This document shows positions 29,241 to 39,334 of a stretch of 64,000 nucleotides of DNA, piece by piece. Positions within the stretch are counted from its first letter, which is position 1; each line of letters starts with the position of its first letter. This DNA is from Methanotrichaceae archaeon (lineage in GTDB: Archaea > Halobacteriota > Methanosarcinia > Methanotrichales > Methanotrichaceae), in assembly GCA_963803145.1 (NCBI GenBank), contig CAWDLW010000025.1, forward strand, positions 64,001 to 128,000, read 5' to 3'. The translations under genes were made by a program, and so were the position numbers. The notes beneath the pieces are model-generated. The model was not told where the DNA came from. It ran no database searches and worked only from the letters and a program-made list of their open reading frames with translations.

Positions 29241-31157
29241 ATGGCTCCCTACCATCTATTCCTAATATTCCTCGCGATTTATATAGCGATGCTTGTAGCC
29301 ATAGGGCTGCTATCATCCAAACGCCAGAGATCTGTGACGGATTTCTGGCTGGCTGGTAGAGAATTGGGAGCTATCACCATAGGCTTCTCTGCTGCAGCAT
29401 CATGGATAACTGCAAGCGCGCTGCTGCTGGCCACAGGTCTCTTTCTATTGATGGGCATGAGTTCTATTTGGATCTGGGTATTTCCGAATATTGCGGCGTT
29501 AGTAGTGATCGCTGCGATCTCGGGAAGAATCAAGAACATACCTGCTCTGACTCAACCCGAACTCATGGAGATAAGGTACGACCCCATGGTTCGCGCGCCT
29601 GTAGCGCTTGCCATAGCGATCATGATGATTCTCTTCTCAGTCGTGGACTTTATAGGCTTCAAGCTGGTACTCGGAACCTTCTTCGGTGTAGAGCCTGTTT
29701 ACGCAATATTAATAATGGCAGCCTCGGTCGCATTCTATGTCAGTATTGGAGGCTTTCGCGCAGTCGTTTGGACAGATCTGCTGCAATACGTGCTTCTAGC
29801 AGGTCTGGCTATATTCGTTGGATACATGGCTATCGCGATTCCCATCCAACATGGAATCTCGTTTACAGCTACGGCCATCGCGCAAGGTTCTGATTGGTGG
29901 GACCCATTCGTTATCGGTGGTATCCTGGGGGCGCTGATATTTCAGCTCGCGCTCATGCCCGGCTGGATTGCAGAGCAGGACCCTTGGCAAAAGATATGGG
30001 CTGCCAGAGATGATAAAACCGCTAAGCTCGGCATTCTTTTCGGGGCAGTGCTTCTAGCGCTGGTCTACTTCTGCTGCTTCCTTACGGCCATTGGCCTAAG
30101 AGCGCTCTATCCCATGCCAAAGGGCGAGGTCGAAGCAGATATGCTGTATCTTAAGTTCATCAGCGATAATACCTCTCCTGTTATCATTGCGCTTTTGACT
30201 ATAGGCTTCGCGGCGGCATCTATGTCCTGCACTGATACATTCGCGACATCAGGGGCATCATGTATCTCCCGCGATATTATACAGAGGCATCTGTGGCCAG
30301 CGGCGACGATGCGAAAGATGATGGTTGTGAATAGGGTATTGGTAGTAATAATGATAGCAATCTCAGCATTCATAGCCCTGAATGTAGACAGCATTATGGA
30401 TGCCGTCATCATTGCTACTGTCATAGGCACGACATCTTACTTTTTCCCAATAATAGGTGGGCTTTACTGGAGGCGTGCAACTAAGTGGGGCGCGCTCGTG
30501 GCAATCATCATCGGTGGGGTGACACAGATTGCCATTATTATGTATGAGCTGTTCTGGATAAAGCAGCCTTTAAGCACAGCCTACCCTCAGTTCTCAGATC
30601 TCCTCACTGAACACGGCGTTCTGGTCGGCCTATCGCTAAGTGCACTGTTTTTCGTAGGAGTATCGCTTATAACGCCTGCTACAGAGAGGATACGTCTCGC
30701 ACCATTCTTCCCTGAAATAGCGGAGGATATATTCGGAGGCAGGAACCTAGCAGTGAACAGAAGCAGCGCGCGATATAAGGAGATACTTGAATCAATAGCA
30801 GAGAAAATCATAGGAGATAGGGCACACCTTCGCCTTTATGTCAATCTTAAGCCCGTTCAAGCTGATGGGGCGAAAATATTGGGCGAGCTGAGATGGGATG
30901 AGTTTGTTGAAAAGCTCAAGGCCATGCACGCAAGCTGGTATACGCCAACCGGAAGCCATATTGCATATAGGCTCTCGCAGGCGGATATGCTGGCATGCGT
31001 TAAGATGGTGCATGGCGATCTACGTCAGATCTGGCTCTCGGCTGAGCCGCGCCTGAGCCAAATAGAACGCCAGAAGAACGAGCTTTACCTCGCTTACGAG
31101 GAGATTGAGGATGTGTTGCTTGAGTTCGGGCTCTCCGCATCCCTCTCGAAGGCATGA
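29241..31157 (+). CDS. Sodium:solute symporter family protein with soluble C-terminal domain
   Basis: DF.LAGR, GG.RAV.WTD.LQ and AA.MS..DT motifs; many TMs. ATG 29241 is preferred. Confidence 0.9.
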   Translation: MAPYHLFLIFLAIYIAMLVAIGLLSSKRQRSVTDFWLAGRELGAITIGFSAAASWITASALLLATGLFLLMGMSSIWIWVFPNIAALVVIAAISGRIKNIPALTQPELMEIRYDPMVRAPVALAIAIMMILFSVVDFIGFKLVLGTFFGVEPVYAILIMAASVAFYVSIGGFRAVVWTDLLQYVLLAGLAIFVGYMAIAIPIQHGISFTATAIAQGSDWWDPFVIGGILGALIFQLALMPGWIAEQDPWQKIWAARDDKTAKLGILFGAVLLALVYFCCFLTAIGLRALYPMPKGEVEADMLYLKFISDNTSPVIIALLTIGFAAASMSCTDTFATSGASCISRDIIQRHLWPAATMRKMMVVNRVLVVIMIAISAFIALNVDSIMDAVIIATVIGTTSYFFPIIGGLYWRRATKWGALVAIIIGGVTQIAIIMYELFWIKQPLSTAYPQFSDLLTEHGVLVGLSLSALFFVGVSLITPATERIRLAPFFPEIAEDIFGGRNLAVNRSSARYKEILESIAEKIIGDRAHLRLYVNLKPVQADGAKILGELRWDEFVEKLKAMHASWYTPTGSHIAYRLSQADMLACVKMVHGDLRQIWLSAEPRLSQIERQKNELYLAYEEIEDVLLEFGLSASLSKA

Positions 31158-32308
31158 TCCAGGTAGTTGTGATAGGTGCCGGGCCTGCTGGATCAACTGC
31201 TGCAGAGATCGCTGCAGTTAGCGGCGTGGAAGTGGCGTTGATAGATCGCAAGAATGAAATAGGATCGCCTGTCGAGTGTGGCGGCTTTCTACCCGCTGTC
31301 CATGAGCTAAGGGATCTTATGCCTGGAGCAGTTCTGCCGGATACTCTTGTGAACATCCCCGAGCGCTGTATATTTCACAGGACAAAGCTGCAAAGGTTAT
31401 ACGCGCCCTCTGGAAAATCCAAAGAGTTTGCTGTTGATGGTCGCGTTGTAGACCGCAGAGCCTTCGACAGATATCTCGCATACAGGGCGGCGCGCGCAGG
31501 CGCGACAGTCATGCCGGGAACGCGTGCAGAGCTAAATTCAGGAGAGGTTCGTCTCTCAGGCCATTTCTCTGATAAGATCAAACCTACTGTTGTGGTAGGA
31601 GCAGATGGTCCCGGCTCCGGTGTCGGCAGATCGATTGGGAGGCAGACAGGTGAAATGGGCGTCTGCCTAGAGTATGAGATGGCGGACGTCGATATCGATG
31701 CTGACGCGGTGGAAATGTATTTCGGCACACGCTATGCGCCCGGAGGCTATGCCTGGATAATACCCCAAGGGCAGGATGTCGCGAACGTAGGGATAGGGGT
31801 AAGGGTCTCATTTTTAGGCAAGCAGAAGCTTCCTCAGGTTCTTGGAAGATTCATAAAAGAACACCCTGTCGCAGGCAGAATTCTTGGGCATGGAGAAGTT
31901 CTTGCAGTCATGCGTGGTATAGTGCCTTCAGATGGAATGCGAGGGGATATCCAAAAGGATAATGTGCTTCTGGCAGGCGATGCCGCAGGGCATGTTATGG
32001 CGACGAGTGGAGGAGGAATACCCCTTGCAATGGTTGCAGGAAGGATTGCAGGCGAGGTTACAGTCGGTTTCTTAAGAGGCCAGACTAGCTTAAAAGAATA
32101 TCAATCACGTATCCAGGCAGAGTTCGGAAGGGAGCTTGAGAGATCTGTGCAGATCAGGCGGATTGTGGATCTTGCTATGCATAACGACCGAGCAATGGAT
32201 GCCATTTTCGGAACCCTTGAAGCAGATGATATAAAATCCGTAATGCGGGGCCAGATTCCCGATGCATTGCATATGGTTCAGCAGCTGGTAACAACAGGCA
32301 AGCGTTAA
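31154..32308 (+). CDS. Geranylgeranyl reductase family flavoprotein
   Basis: GAGPAG, PVECG, R..FDR, VGADG, PGGYAWI.P and GDAAG...GGGI motifs. Confidence 0.88.
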   Translation: MIQVVVIGAGPAGSTAAEIAAVSGVEVALIDRKNEIGSPVECGGFLPAVHELRDLMPGAVLPDTLVNIPERCIFHRTKLQRLYAPSGKSKEFAVDGRVVDRRAFDRYLAYRAARAGATVMPGTRAELNSGEVRLSGHFSDKIKPTVVVGADGPGSGVGRSIGRQTGEMGVCLEYEMADVDIDADAVEMYFGTRYAPGGYAWIIPQGQDVANVGIGVRVSFLGKQKLPQVLGRFIKEHPVAGRILGHGEVLAVMRGIVPSDGMRGDIQKDNVLLAGDAAGHVMATSGGGIPLAMVAGRIAGEVTVGFLRGQTSLKEYQSRIQAEFGRELERSVQIRRIVDLAMHNDRAMDAIFGTLEADDIKSVMRGQIPDALHMVQQLVTTGKR

Positions 32309-32367
32309 TATAAATCTAAACCAATACCGAATAATTCAACACCAAATATTTTCAGTAGCCCTTTCGG

Positions 32368-32769
32368 CTACTTTGTCTCTTCCTTGGGTGCAGATTTAAG
32401 AAGCTCTTCTATGGGCTTTGATCCTGCCTCAGTGATTTTGACGTTGATCTGCCCAATATCAGGCGAAATCTCTCTTCCATGGAGGCTCTTCCGCCGTCTC
32501 ATGCCTGCAGCAGTCGGGTTGTAGCCAGTTCCACTCGAAACCAAGATCCTCTTGCGCCTTGTGCCTGGAAGGTCTGCGCGCATGGGGAAACCCTCACGGT
32601 CGCTTCCTCCAGTTATCTTAACTGAATATCCGGGCATGCCCAAGACATCGCCCTCAACAGTATCGCCTATATGGCGTCCCAGAAATCTGTTTGCGCCAGG
32701 GTCCTTTAACTCTACCTGGTATGATTTACCGCTTTTCGGATCTGATACTACAACTCTAAAATTGGCCAT
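32368..32769 (-). CDS. rps6e: 30S ribosomal protein S6e
   Basis: SDPKSG and ITGGSD.EGFPMR motifs; G.R.RK..HG. Confidence 0.95.
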   Translation of the reverse strand: MANFRVVVSDPKSGKSYQVELKDPGANRFLGRHIGDTVEGDVLGMPGYSVKITGGSDREGFPMRADLPGTRRKRILVSSGTGYNPTAAGMRRRKSLHGREISPDIGQINVKITEAGSKPIEELLKSAPKEETK

Positions 32770-32906
32770 TTTTATTCCTCATATGTAAATGCGACTCTAG
32801 ATGTAGGGATCATCGCCATATAAAGCTTTATCCTGGACAAAGGGATTAGGATAAGGGGTCCGACGTATGCTCTCATATTAATGTATCAATATGCCTATCT
32901 AGATTG

Positions 32907-33899
32907 CTATTTTAGCTCCCTCATCTTGCTGTAATCCACTATCGCGGAGATGGGCATCGTGCTTATCCCTATCCCTTGCTCCTCCGCCGCAACGACAGCG
33001 TTTACGCCTGCGCAAAGAGTTATACCGATCTTGCCAGAGCCTATAGGACAGCCCAAATTGGGCTCCCCAGGTGCGCTTATTTTTATAAGGCCGCGAAGGC
33101 CTGCAGATTTCAACTGCTTGATGAGATTATCTGCGAGGTCTGCTGCTGCGAGGGGTACTTCTCTCACGTTTGCGAGTATTTTTCCCGTTCCATTGTACGT
33201 CGAGCTTGCGACACTCGTCATCTTGCGCGCCATGAATATCTTCATCGGGTCCAGGGAGGATCCTGCATAGGCAATTAAATCCGTGAATTCTGAAGGCGCT
33301 CTGCCGTCTATCTCAATAACACCAGCAAAAGTGGTATTGACAGGAATGCCTTTTTTCAGCAGGATGCCATCGATAGTGATGCTGCAAAGTGTAGCGATTC
33401 CTAGAGAGCCCTCTGGTATCTCAATGTTCGCAAGCTCTTCGGCCTCATCCAGTATTAGGACTCTTCTGCTTATCGTATAACCTGAGTCGAATACATTTTT
33501 AAGGAGATCAATGACCTTTTCGTAATCACTCTTTTTTATGATGCTGGTGTTGACGATTACATCCCCTCTCAGGCTTCGCGGATCAAAGCTTGTCCTGTAC
33601 ATATACTCCTCGATCCTGGTATTTACGAAGCCCATTCTATCGTCAACGAGAGCATCGCTCAGCTCACGAGCGCCAATTGGAGTTAGTGTCCTGCCGCTAT
33701 AGCCTTGTCTCTCAGTGAATCCCAGCTCATCCAGGATCTTGAGGTTATATCTGACAGCACGTTCTCCCAGCTCATAACCTCTATTGCTCAATAAATCGGA
33801 TATCATCCTTGCCCCAATGGGCTTATCCGCGCTATCTATGACTCTCAGGATCTCTATAAGCCTGCGTTGGCTTGTATGCTCCTTTGTGAGAAGCTTCAT
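32907..33899 (-). CDS. nrpR: Nitrogen regulator NrpR (wHTH + single NRD, NrpRI-type)
   Basis: N-terminal HTH (ERAVRY.L..LDE.G.T); NRD motifs TLCSITIDG.L and I.Y.G.SLDP. Confidence 0.85.
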   Translation of the reverse strand: MKLLTKEHTSQRRLIEILRVIDSADKPIGARMISDLLSNRGYELGERAVRYNLKILDELGFTERQGYSGRTLTPIGARELSDALVDDRMGFVNTRIEEYMYRTSFDPRSLRGDVIVNTSIIKKSDYEKVIDLLKNVFDSGYTISRRVLILDEAEELANIEIPEGSLGIATLCSITIDGILLKKGIPVNTTFAGVIEIDGRAPSEFTDLIAYAGSSLDPMKIFMARKMTSVASSTYNGTGKILANVREVPLAAADLADNLIKQLKSAGLRGLIKISAPGEPNLGCPIGSGKIGITLCAGVNAVVAAEEQGIGISTMPISAIVDYSKMRELK

Positions 33900-33955
33900 C
33901 CATCTGAAACTCCGGGAAAGACAATATATATCTTATGGGATTACATCAGGGTTGA

Positions 33956-34028
33956 AGTCCCGTGGGGTAGCGGTCAAGCCTGAAGGCCTTTGGAGCCTGC
34001 GACGGCGGTTCGAATCCGCCCGGGACTA
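33956..34028 (+). tRNA. tRNA-Gln(TTG)
   Basis: Acceptor stem AGTCCCG/CGGGACT, anticodon loop CTTTGGA, T-loop GGTTCGAATCC; CCA not encoded. Confidence 0.93.
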
Positions 34029-34188
34029 CTATCGCTATGTCTGTATTGCTGTATGCCGCTCGGAAACGTACATATATCTATGAGATACATATCCATAGGA
34101 GTCTTTAATATGTGTGTGGCTGCAAGGCTTAATGGAACGGGAATCTGGCCAGATAGGGCGATAATTTCAACCAATGAGTAAAATAAGT

Positions 34189-34263
34189 GCTCCGGTAGTG
34201 TAGTCCGGTCAATCATTCCGGCCTTTCGAGCCGAAGACTCGGGTTCAAATCCCGGCCGGAGCA
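34189..34263 (+). tRNA. tRNA-Glu(TTC)
   Basis: Acceptor stem GCTCCGG/CCGGAGC, anticodon loop CTTTCGA, T-loop GGTTCAAATCC. Confidence 0.94.
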
Positions 34264-34430
34264 TCGATACATTTTGGGTACGTAAAATGTCGTAGTCGTT
34301 ACATGTGGGCAGCGGTTAGCGTTATTTTCTCGATTTTTATTCACTATATATCATCTATTTATCAGAATCGGATTAAGTATGGCCAAAGAATTATATCATC
34401 AGAGTTGTATTTTAATAAGCTTAGATTATA

Positions 34431-34729
34431 CAGATGTCGATTATTCCATTAAAATGCTCGATATGTTTATATTCCATTAAAATCCATAAGGGCTATGTGC
34501 CTGAGCAAAACACTCAAATATCAGCCATGAATCATGGGATCAGGTACACCATACCACAAGGGGCTGAATAATCACATCATCGGCTATGTAATCAGCCATG
34601 ATCGAGACGGGGATCGCTTCTCTGTATAGCATTTCCGGCTAAAAAGTCCAGGTGGGGTGGTACCATGGACCGAAAGCCACCGGTAAAGGCGGCCTCGGGC
34701 CCAAGGTTAATCAAGGAGGTGGGAACGAA
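34431..34729 (+). promoter_or_regulatory. Promoter and ~230-nt structured 5' leader of secreted paralogue 1
   Basis: TTTATAT at 34466; GTGCCTGA (34497) can pair with TCAGGTAC (34540); GGAGGTG RBS. The same layout occurs upstream of paralogue 2. Confidence 0.6.
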
Positions 34730-35485
34730 ATGAAGAAGGAACTAGTTGTTTTGGCAATTATTGCAATAGCCCTGGTAGGCATGGCTGGAGCAGCCAACTA
34801 CATGTACGAGAAGGCAAGTATAAAGGGCGTAGGATACAAGAACGTAGAGACGATCATTTCTACACAGTATGGATTCTCTGGCCAGAAGCTGGTTGAGAAG
34901 GAGTCAGGCTCTGGTAACGTAATTACAGAGAACACTGAGATCGAGGCAGAGAGACAGCTGGATATTAACGGCTACGCATTGCCCTGGAATTGTCCATATT
35001 CTAACACAAACTGCCGGATGGACTACATCAACTTCACCAAGGAAGCTGAGTTCGAGTACATGCCAGTCTCATACCAGACCGGTGAGTACAACCAGAAGTG
35101 GATAGAGAAGCTGTGTGTCCAGAACTACAGGATCGGCGCCGTGTTGACTGAGATGTACACTCATGCAGAGCACCTGCAGAAGGATACTGAGGTCAAGACA
35201 AGAGGATATGGCGTTAACCAGGTCGGATCTGGCTCGCAGTGCCCACTCTGCTGTACAGGCGTTCTCGAGGCCAATCTGAACAGCAACGTCATAGGCGTTG
35301 CCCATATCGGATGGCTATCCAGGGACCCGCTCGCAAACAGCCCGACTGCACTTAAGGGACGCCACGCAGAGTATGGCAGGTCCGTTGAGGATCTGACCGG
35401 TGTCTTCTCAATCGAGAAGTTCATCCAGCTCTGGGGCAACTCCACATGCGGCGCAATCAGCGTTGATTGGCTGCCTTGCGTGTAA
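34730..35485 (+). CDS. Secreted Cys-rich structural protein, paralogue 1 (putative sheath protein, MspA-like)
   Basis: GGAGGTG RBS, then ATG 34730. Signal peptide, 251 aa, 8 Cys, beta-type alternating pattern, ends DWLPCV. The sheath assignment is an inference. Confidence 0.6.
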   Translation: MKKELVVLAIIAIALVGMAGAANYMYEKASIKGVGYKNVETIISTQYGFSGQKLVEKESGSGNVITENTEIEAERQLDINGYALPWNCPYSNTNCRMDYINFTKEAEFEYMPVSYQTGEYNQKWIEKLCVQNYRIGAVLTEMYTHAEHLQKDTEVKTRGYGVNQVGSGSQCPLCCTGVLEANLNSNVIGVAHIGWLSRDPLANSPTALKGRHAEYGRSVEDLTGVFSIEKFIQLWGNSTCGAISVDWLPCV

Positions 35486-35861
35486 ATAACATAAAAACTT
35501 AGACGTATAAGCTCCCAGGCATCGTCCTGGGGCTTGTTTCTATATTTTTAAACCTAGCACCCCTACAGCTTGCTGTGCTGGGTTAAGGGTGTCATTATCC
35601 CGTTTTGGGGATGGATCCTTTAGTTAACTGCAACTTTAACGCTGTGACACCTTGCATCTATACTGCTAGAGTAGTGTGTGTTGTAGCCGTTTGATTTTAA
35701 ATCGCTCTCTATTCTAACATTTGGCAACCTTGAGACTAATCCTGATCGACATAATTAGCGGTTAAAGGATCGGGATACTGCAATATTATGGAATTCCACT
35801 CTAGAAAAACTTATAAGCTGTAAGGGTCAATATTTAGAGGATAATATGTATCTGTATAGAC

Positions 35862-36193
35862 CAGATGTCGACATGAACCGCCTGGTGACATATTCGATAG
35901 GTTTATATGCTATTAATCTAATTGAAAGGTCTGTGCCTGAGAATTATGCTCAAATATCGGCTAGAAACTGCAATATCAGGCGCCTCACACCTGAGTGGGT
36001 GGCCCTAAATACTTTCGGTTGCCTCCCCGAGGCGGGATCAAGCGTTATAGTTTCATCTTTTTTGATGGGACTTGCCCGGGAGCCGGAACCTGAAATTCGG
36101 CCATCAGGCAAGTGTGATGTACAGATGGATCTTATGGTGCCGTCTCTGGGCGGCTTTGGATCCTGAGTATTATAGATTGGAGGTGGGAACGAA
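35862..36193 (+). promoter_or_regulatory. Promoter and ~260-nt structured 5' leader of secreted paralogue 2
   Basis: TTTATAT at 35902; GTGCCTGA (35933) can pair with TCAGGCGC (35976); GGAGGTG RBS. Confidence 0.6.
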
Positions 36194-36949
36194 ATGAAGA
36201 AGGAACTAGTTGTTTTGGCAATTATTGCAATAGCCCTGGTAGGCATGGCTGGAGCAGCCAACTACATGTACGAGAAGGCAAGTATAAAAGGCGTAGGATA
36301 CAAGAACGTAGAGACGATCATTTCTACACAGTATGGATTTGCTGGCCAAAAGTTAGTCGAGAAGGAGTCAGGCTCTGGTAACGTAATTACAGAGAACACT
36401 GAGATCGAGGCAGAGAGACAGCTGGATGGTAATGGCTACGCATTGCCCTGGAATTGTCCATATTCTAACACAAACTGCCGGATGGACTACATCAACTTCA
36501 CCAAGGAAGCTGAGTTCGAGTACATGCCAGTCTCATACCAGACCGGTGAGTACAACCAGAAGTGGATAGAGAAGCTGTGTGTCCAGAACTACAGGATCGG
36601 CGCCGTGTTGACTGAGATGTACACTCATGCAGAGCACCTGCAGAAGACAACCGAGGTCAAGACAAGAGGATATGGCGTTAACCAAGTCAATACTGGCTCG
36701 CAGTGCCCACTCTGCTGTACAGGCGTTCTTGAGGCCAATCTGAACAGCAACGTCATAGGCGTTGCCCATATCGGATGGCTATCCAGGGACCCGCTCGCAA
36801 ACAGCCCGACTGCACTTAAGGGACGCCACGCAGAGTATGGCAGGTCCGTTGAGGATCTGACCGGTGTCTTCTCAATCGAGAAGTTCATCCAGCTCTGGGG
36901 CAACTCCACATGCGGCGCAATCAGCGTTGATTGGCTGCCTTGCGTGTAA
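36194..36949 (+). CDS. Secreted Cys-rich structural protein, paralogue 2 (near-identical to paralogue 1)
   Basis: Differs from 34730..35485 at 5 residues (S>A, I>G, D>T, GS>NT). Confidence 0.6.
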   Translation: MKKELVVLAIIAIALVGMAGAANYMYEKASIKGVGYKNVETIISTQYGFAGQKLVEKESGSGNVITENTEIEAERQLDGNGYALPWNCPYSNTNCRMDYINFTKEAEFEYMPVSYQTGEYNQKWIEKLCVQNYRIGAVLTEMYTHAEHLQKTTEVKTRGYGVNQVNTGSQCPLCCTGVLEANLNSNVIGVAHIGWLSRDPLANSPTALKGRHAEYGRSVEDLTGVFSIEKFIQLWGNSTCGAISVDWLPCV

Positions 36950-36989
36950 GCTTACCGCTAAATAGCCAATAGATTTATATAAAATAAAA

Positions 36990-37010
36990 GCTCCAGATCT
37001 TATCTGGAGC
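36990..37010 (+). terminator. 3' stem-loop after paralogue 2
   Basis: Perfect GCTCCAGAT-CTT-ATCTGGAGC, followed by a T-tract at ~37021. Confidence 0.6.
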
Positions 37011-37080
37011 ATATCTTACCTTTTTCAGGTAAGAAGGGATTTAAAACTAAACGTCATACCAAATAGGGGGTGAACGAAAA

Positions 37081-37872
37081 ATGAAGGGAGTAGTAGCAGC
37101 GATTATTATCGCGGCTCTTCTAGCCTGCTGCGGCATTGTGGTGGCAACGCCACCGATTATACCGCCAGTCCAGTTCGAGCAGTTCTGTGAGGATCAGAAG
37201 GTATCAGGAACAGGTGTAGTCGATGTGAGCACATCGATAGTAGATAAAAAGATAGCTCTTGAATATTATAACACTATGGCCGGTGATGGTGACATAGAGC
37301 TTAATCAGGAGCATGCATATTCTCAAGATGCCGATAAGCTTAAGAGAAATATATCATCGGTCAACGGTGGAAACCAATCAGCTCTAAATCTATACGAAAA
37401 TACCCAGCTTACATATTCGGGCCAAACACCCTTGACAGGTGGAAAATACCTCAACTCGAAGGAGTTCTATGGAGGAATTGGCGCCGATGTCCAAGAGATG
37501 TTCTCAGTAAATCAGATGGAGAAGCAGGAGACAGGGTTCTTCGCTTCAACAACGCCCTACAATCCGCCTGGAACAACGCCAGAGGGTCTCATAAAGGATC
37601 TGAAGAATGCAGGACGAGACACAACAGCAGTTAATGAACTCATGACGACAAATGAGGGTGTCAATGTGCCGTCGCACCTGATAGGCATTGATACCAAGAA
37701 CACATTCAACGGTACATGGGGCACTGATGCCAAGTGGCATAAGATATTCTACAAGGATATAAAGGCCCACGAGATGTTCACTGGACAGTTCGAGGCAGAG
37801 AAGACAATCAAGTTCCATGAAAATCCCGTGCCTGAGAACGAGCAGCCACCTTGTGCAGGCATAGATTGCTAG
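37081..37872 (+). CDS. Secreted protein, divergent member of the same family
   Basis: GGGGGTG RBS, signal peptide, motif series collinear with paralogues 1-3, C-terminal PCAGIDC. Confidence 0.7.
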   Translation: MKGVVAAIIIAALLACCGIVVATPPIIPPVQFEQFCEDQKVSGTGVVDVSTSIVDKKIALEYYNTMAGDGDIELNQEHAYSQDADKLKRNISSVNGGNQSALNLYENTQLTYSGQTPLTGGKYLNSKEFYGGIGADVQEMFSVNQMEKQETGFFASTTPYNPPGTTPEGLIKDLKNAGRDTTAVNELMTTNEGVNVPSHLIGIDTKNTFNGTWGTDAKWHKIFYKDIKAHEMFTGQFEAEKTIKFHENPVPENEQPPCAGIDC

Positions 37873-37906
37873 ACTTTGGACTAGCAATCGATTCTTTTTT
37901 TATTTT

Positions 37907-39091
37907 ATGGGGGTTAGTATGATAAGATTGATGACATTATCGATGTTAATTCTCATAATGGGTCTGGCGTCTGCCACAGTCGAGGATTTGGGCAATAACG
38001 CTGACACAGGAACAGGCAGCATATTGCCCACTTCACTGATTACACCATCGCTTCCATCCATGCCTATACCAGCGCCCGACATATGCACATCCACAGGCTA
38101 CTTAAAAGTCAATGTGGCGCTAACAGGCCCGCAATCTGAGAAAGATAAAGATTATACAACTCAAGGAAAAAGCTTGACCTTCGTGGTGACTGTGGAGAAC
38201 GATGGCTCATCAGATGCAAATGCCGATCTCAGCATAGATCCCGAGAGCTGTGCTCTCGAATGGTTTAGCTGGACTACATCGAGTCTGAAGATTCCATCAG
38301 GCTCATCACGCTCGGAGAATCTAGAAGTAAAACCCGATATTAACGCTGTCGCGGGTGATTATAGCTTCAAAGTAACTGCATCCGCAAAATGCTATAGATC
38401 AGGGTCAGCTGAGGCACCCTTCAAAGTACAGGATTACGATTATGCGTCTGAAACTGCGATAAGCGGGACAGGCCAGTTCCAGCTCAATAAGGACATCAGC
38501 TCAATGGATACCGGTATCAAATCAAACAAGGATATCTCATTCAGCGGGAGCGCAGATGCTATTGTCAAGAACGAGTATCTAGTAGATCAGGCAAAGGGCC
38601 GGAACCCCAACTTCGAAGAGCAGGATGCAGTTGATAACTATATGGCCATTAACCCGGGAGATGCGTTTCTGGGAACGGAGAAGTTCAAAAGTTCTGCCAT
38701 TTTCGGAGGAGTGGGTTCCACGATGACTGAGGCATATAACGTTAAGCAGATGGAGTTCAAGAACGCGGATTACAATCTGTACCAGACAGGATCACTGAAA
38801 AAGATGGCCGAGCTTAGAACAGCTGATAACTTCACTGGATACTATCTCATCGATGCCAAGCAGACAATTCCCGGTCAGAAGAACCTGAAGGAGCATGAGG
38901 AGTACCTCGGATCCTTCGAGATAAACAGGAGAATACTCTTCAAAGATAAACCAACAGTCACTACCACATGCGCTGATGGCCCTTGCACCGGCAGCACAAG
39001 TATCGCCAAACCGAACTTTCCCAGCCCATGTCTAAGCAGCTCATGCAGCAACTTCGCAAATAGCTTGAATGCCTTTTCGAAGTCTGCATGA
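37907..39091 (+). CDS. Secreted protein: Ig-like domain fused to a divergent copy of the same family domain
   Basis: Signal peptide; Ig-like segment (F.VTVEN.G...GDYSFKVTAS); then SGTG / GGVG...E / E.LGSFEI motifs; Cys-rich tail. Confidence 0.7.
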   Translation: MGVSMIRLMTLSMLILIMGLASATVEDLGNNADTGTGSILPTSLITPSLPSMPIPAPDICTSTGYLKVNVALTGPQSEKDKDYTTQGKSLTFVVTVENDGSSDANADLSIDPESCALEWFSWTTSSLKIPSGSSRSENLEVKPDINAVAGDYSFKVTASAKCYRSGSAEAPFKVQDYDYASETAISGTGQFQLNKDISSMDTGIKSNKDISFSGSADAIVKNEYLVDQAKGRNPNFEEQDAVDNYMAINPGDAFLGTEKFKSSAIFGGVGSTMTEAYNVKQMEFKNADYNLYQTGSLKKMAELRTADNFTGYYLIDAKQTIPGQKNLKEHEEYLGSFEINRRILFKDKPTVTTTCADGPCTGSTSIAKPNFPSPCLSSSCSNFANSLNAFSKSA

Positions 39092-39334
39092 GTTATATTT
39101 TTCTAAGAATTTTTCAACTATTTGCCGACCTAGCCAGCCTTTTGGGATGTATTTGTTGTACTTTATATAGCAGCCACAAGCTTGAAATAGGTACCTGATT
39201 GTCTTAGCCTCGGGTGTTAGGGTTATCAGGAGAGGAGGTTCAGCCTGGTACGCCAGAACCATAAATCCGCCAAATAGGTTGGATTACAATATTCTGGGCT
39301 TATTATATCCAGGCCTAAAGGAGGTAAGTGTGGA

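Noticed and set aside
33956-34263. Mismatch at the top of both anticodon stems; tRNAs as an integration site
   Set aside because: A single 27-43 mismatch is tolerated in tRNAs. No integrase or duplicated tRNA 3' end was seen.
33974-34264. Short ORFs over the tRNA genes
   Set aside because: Shadows of the tRNA sequences.
34652-34729. N-terminal extension of paralogue 1 from GTG 34652
   Set aside because: The RBS, signal peptide and identity with paralogue 2 all point to ATG 34730.
35846-36261. 106-aa (+) and 103-aa (-) ORFs between the paralogues
   Set aside because: They overlap the promoter/leader and have no protein-like motifs; the region is better explained as a 5' UTR.
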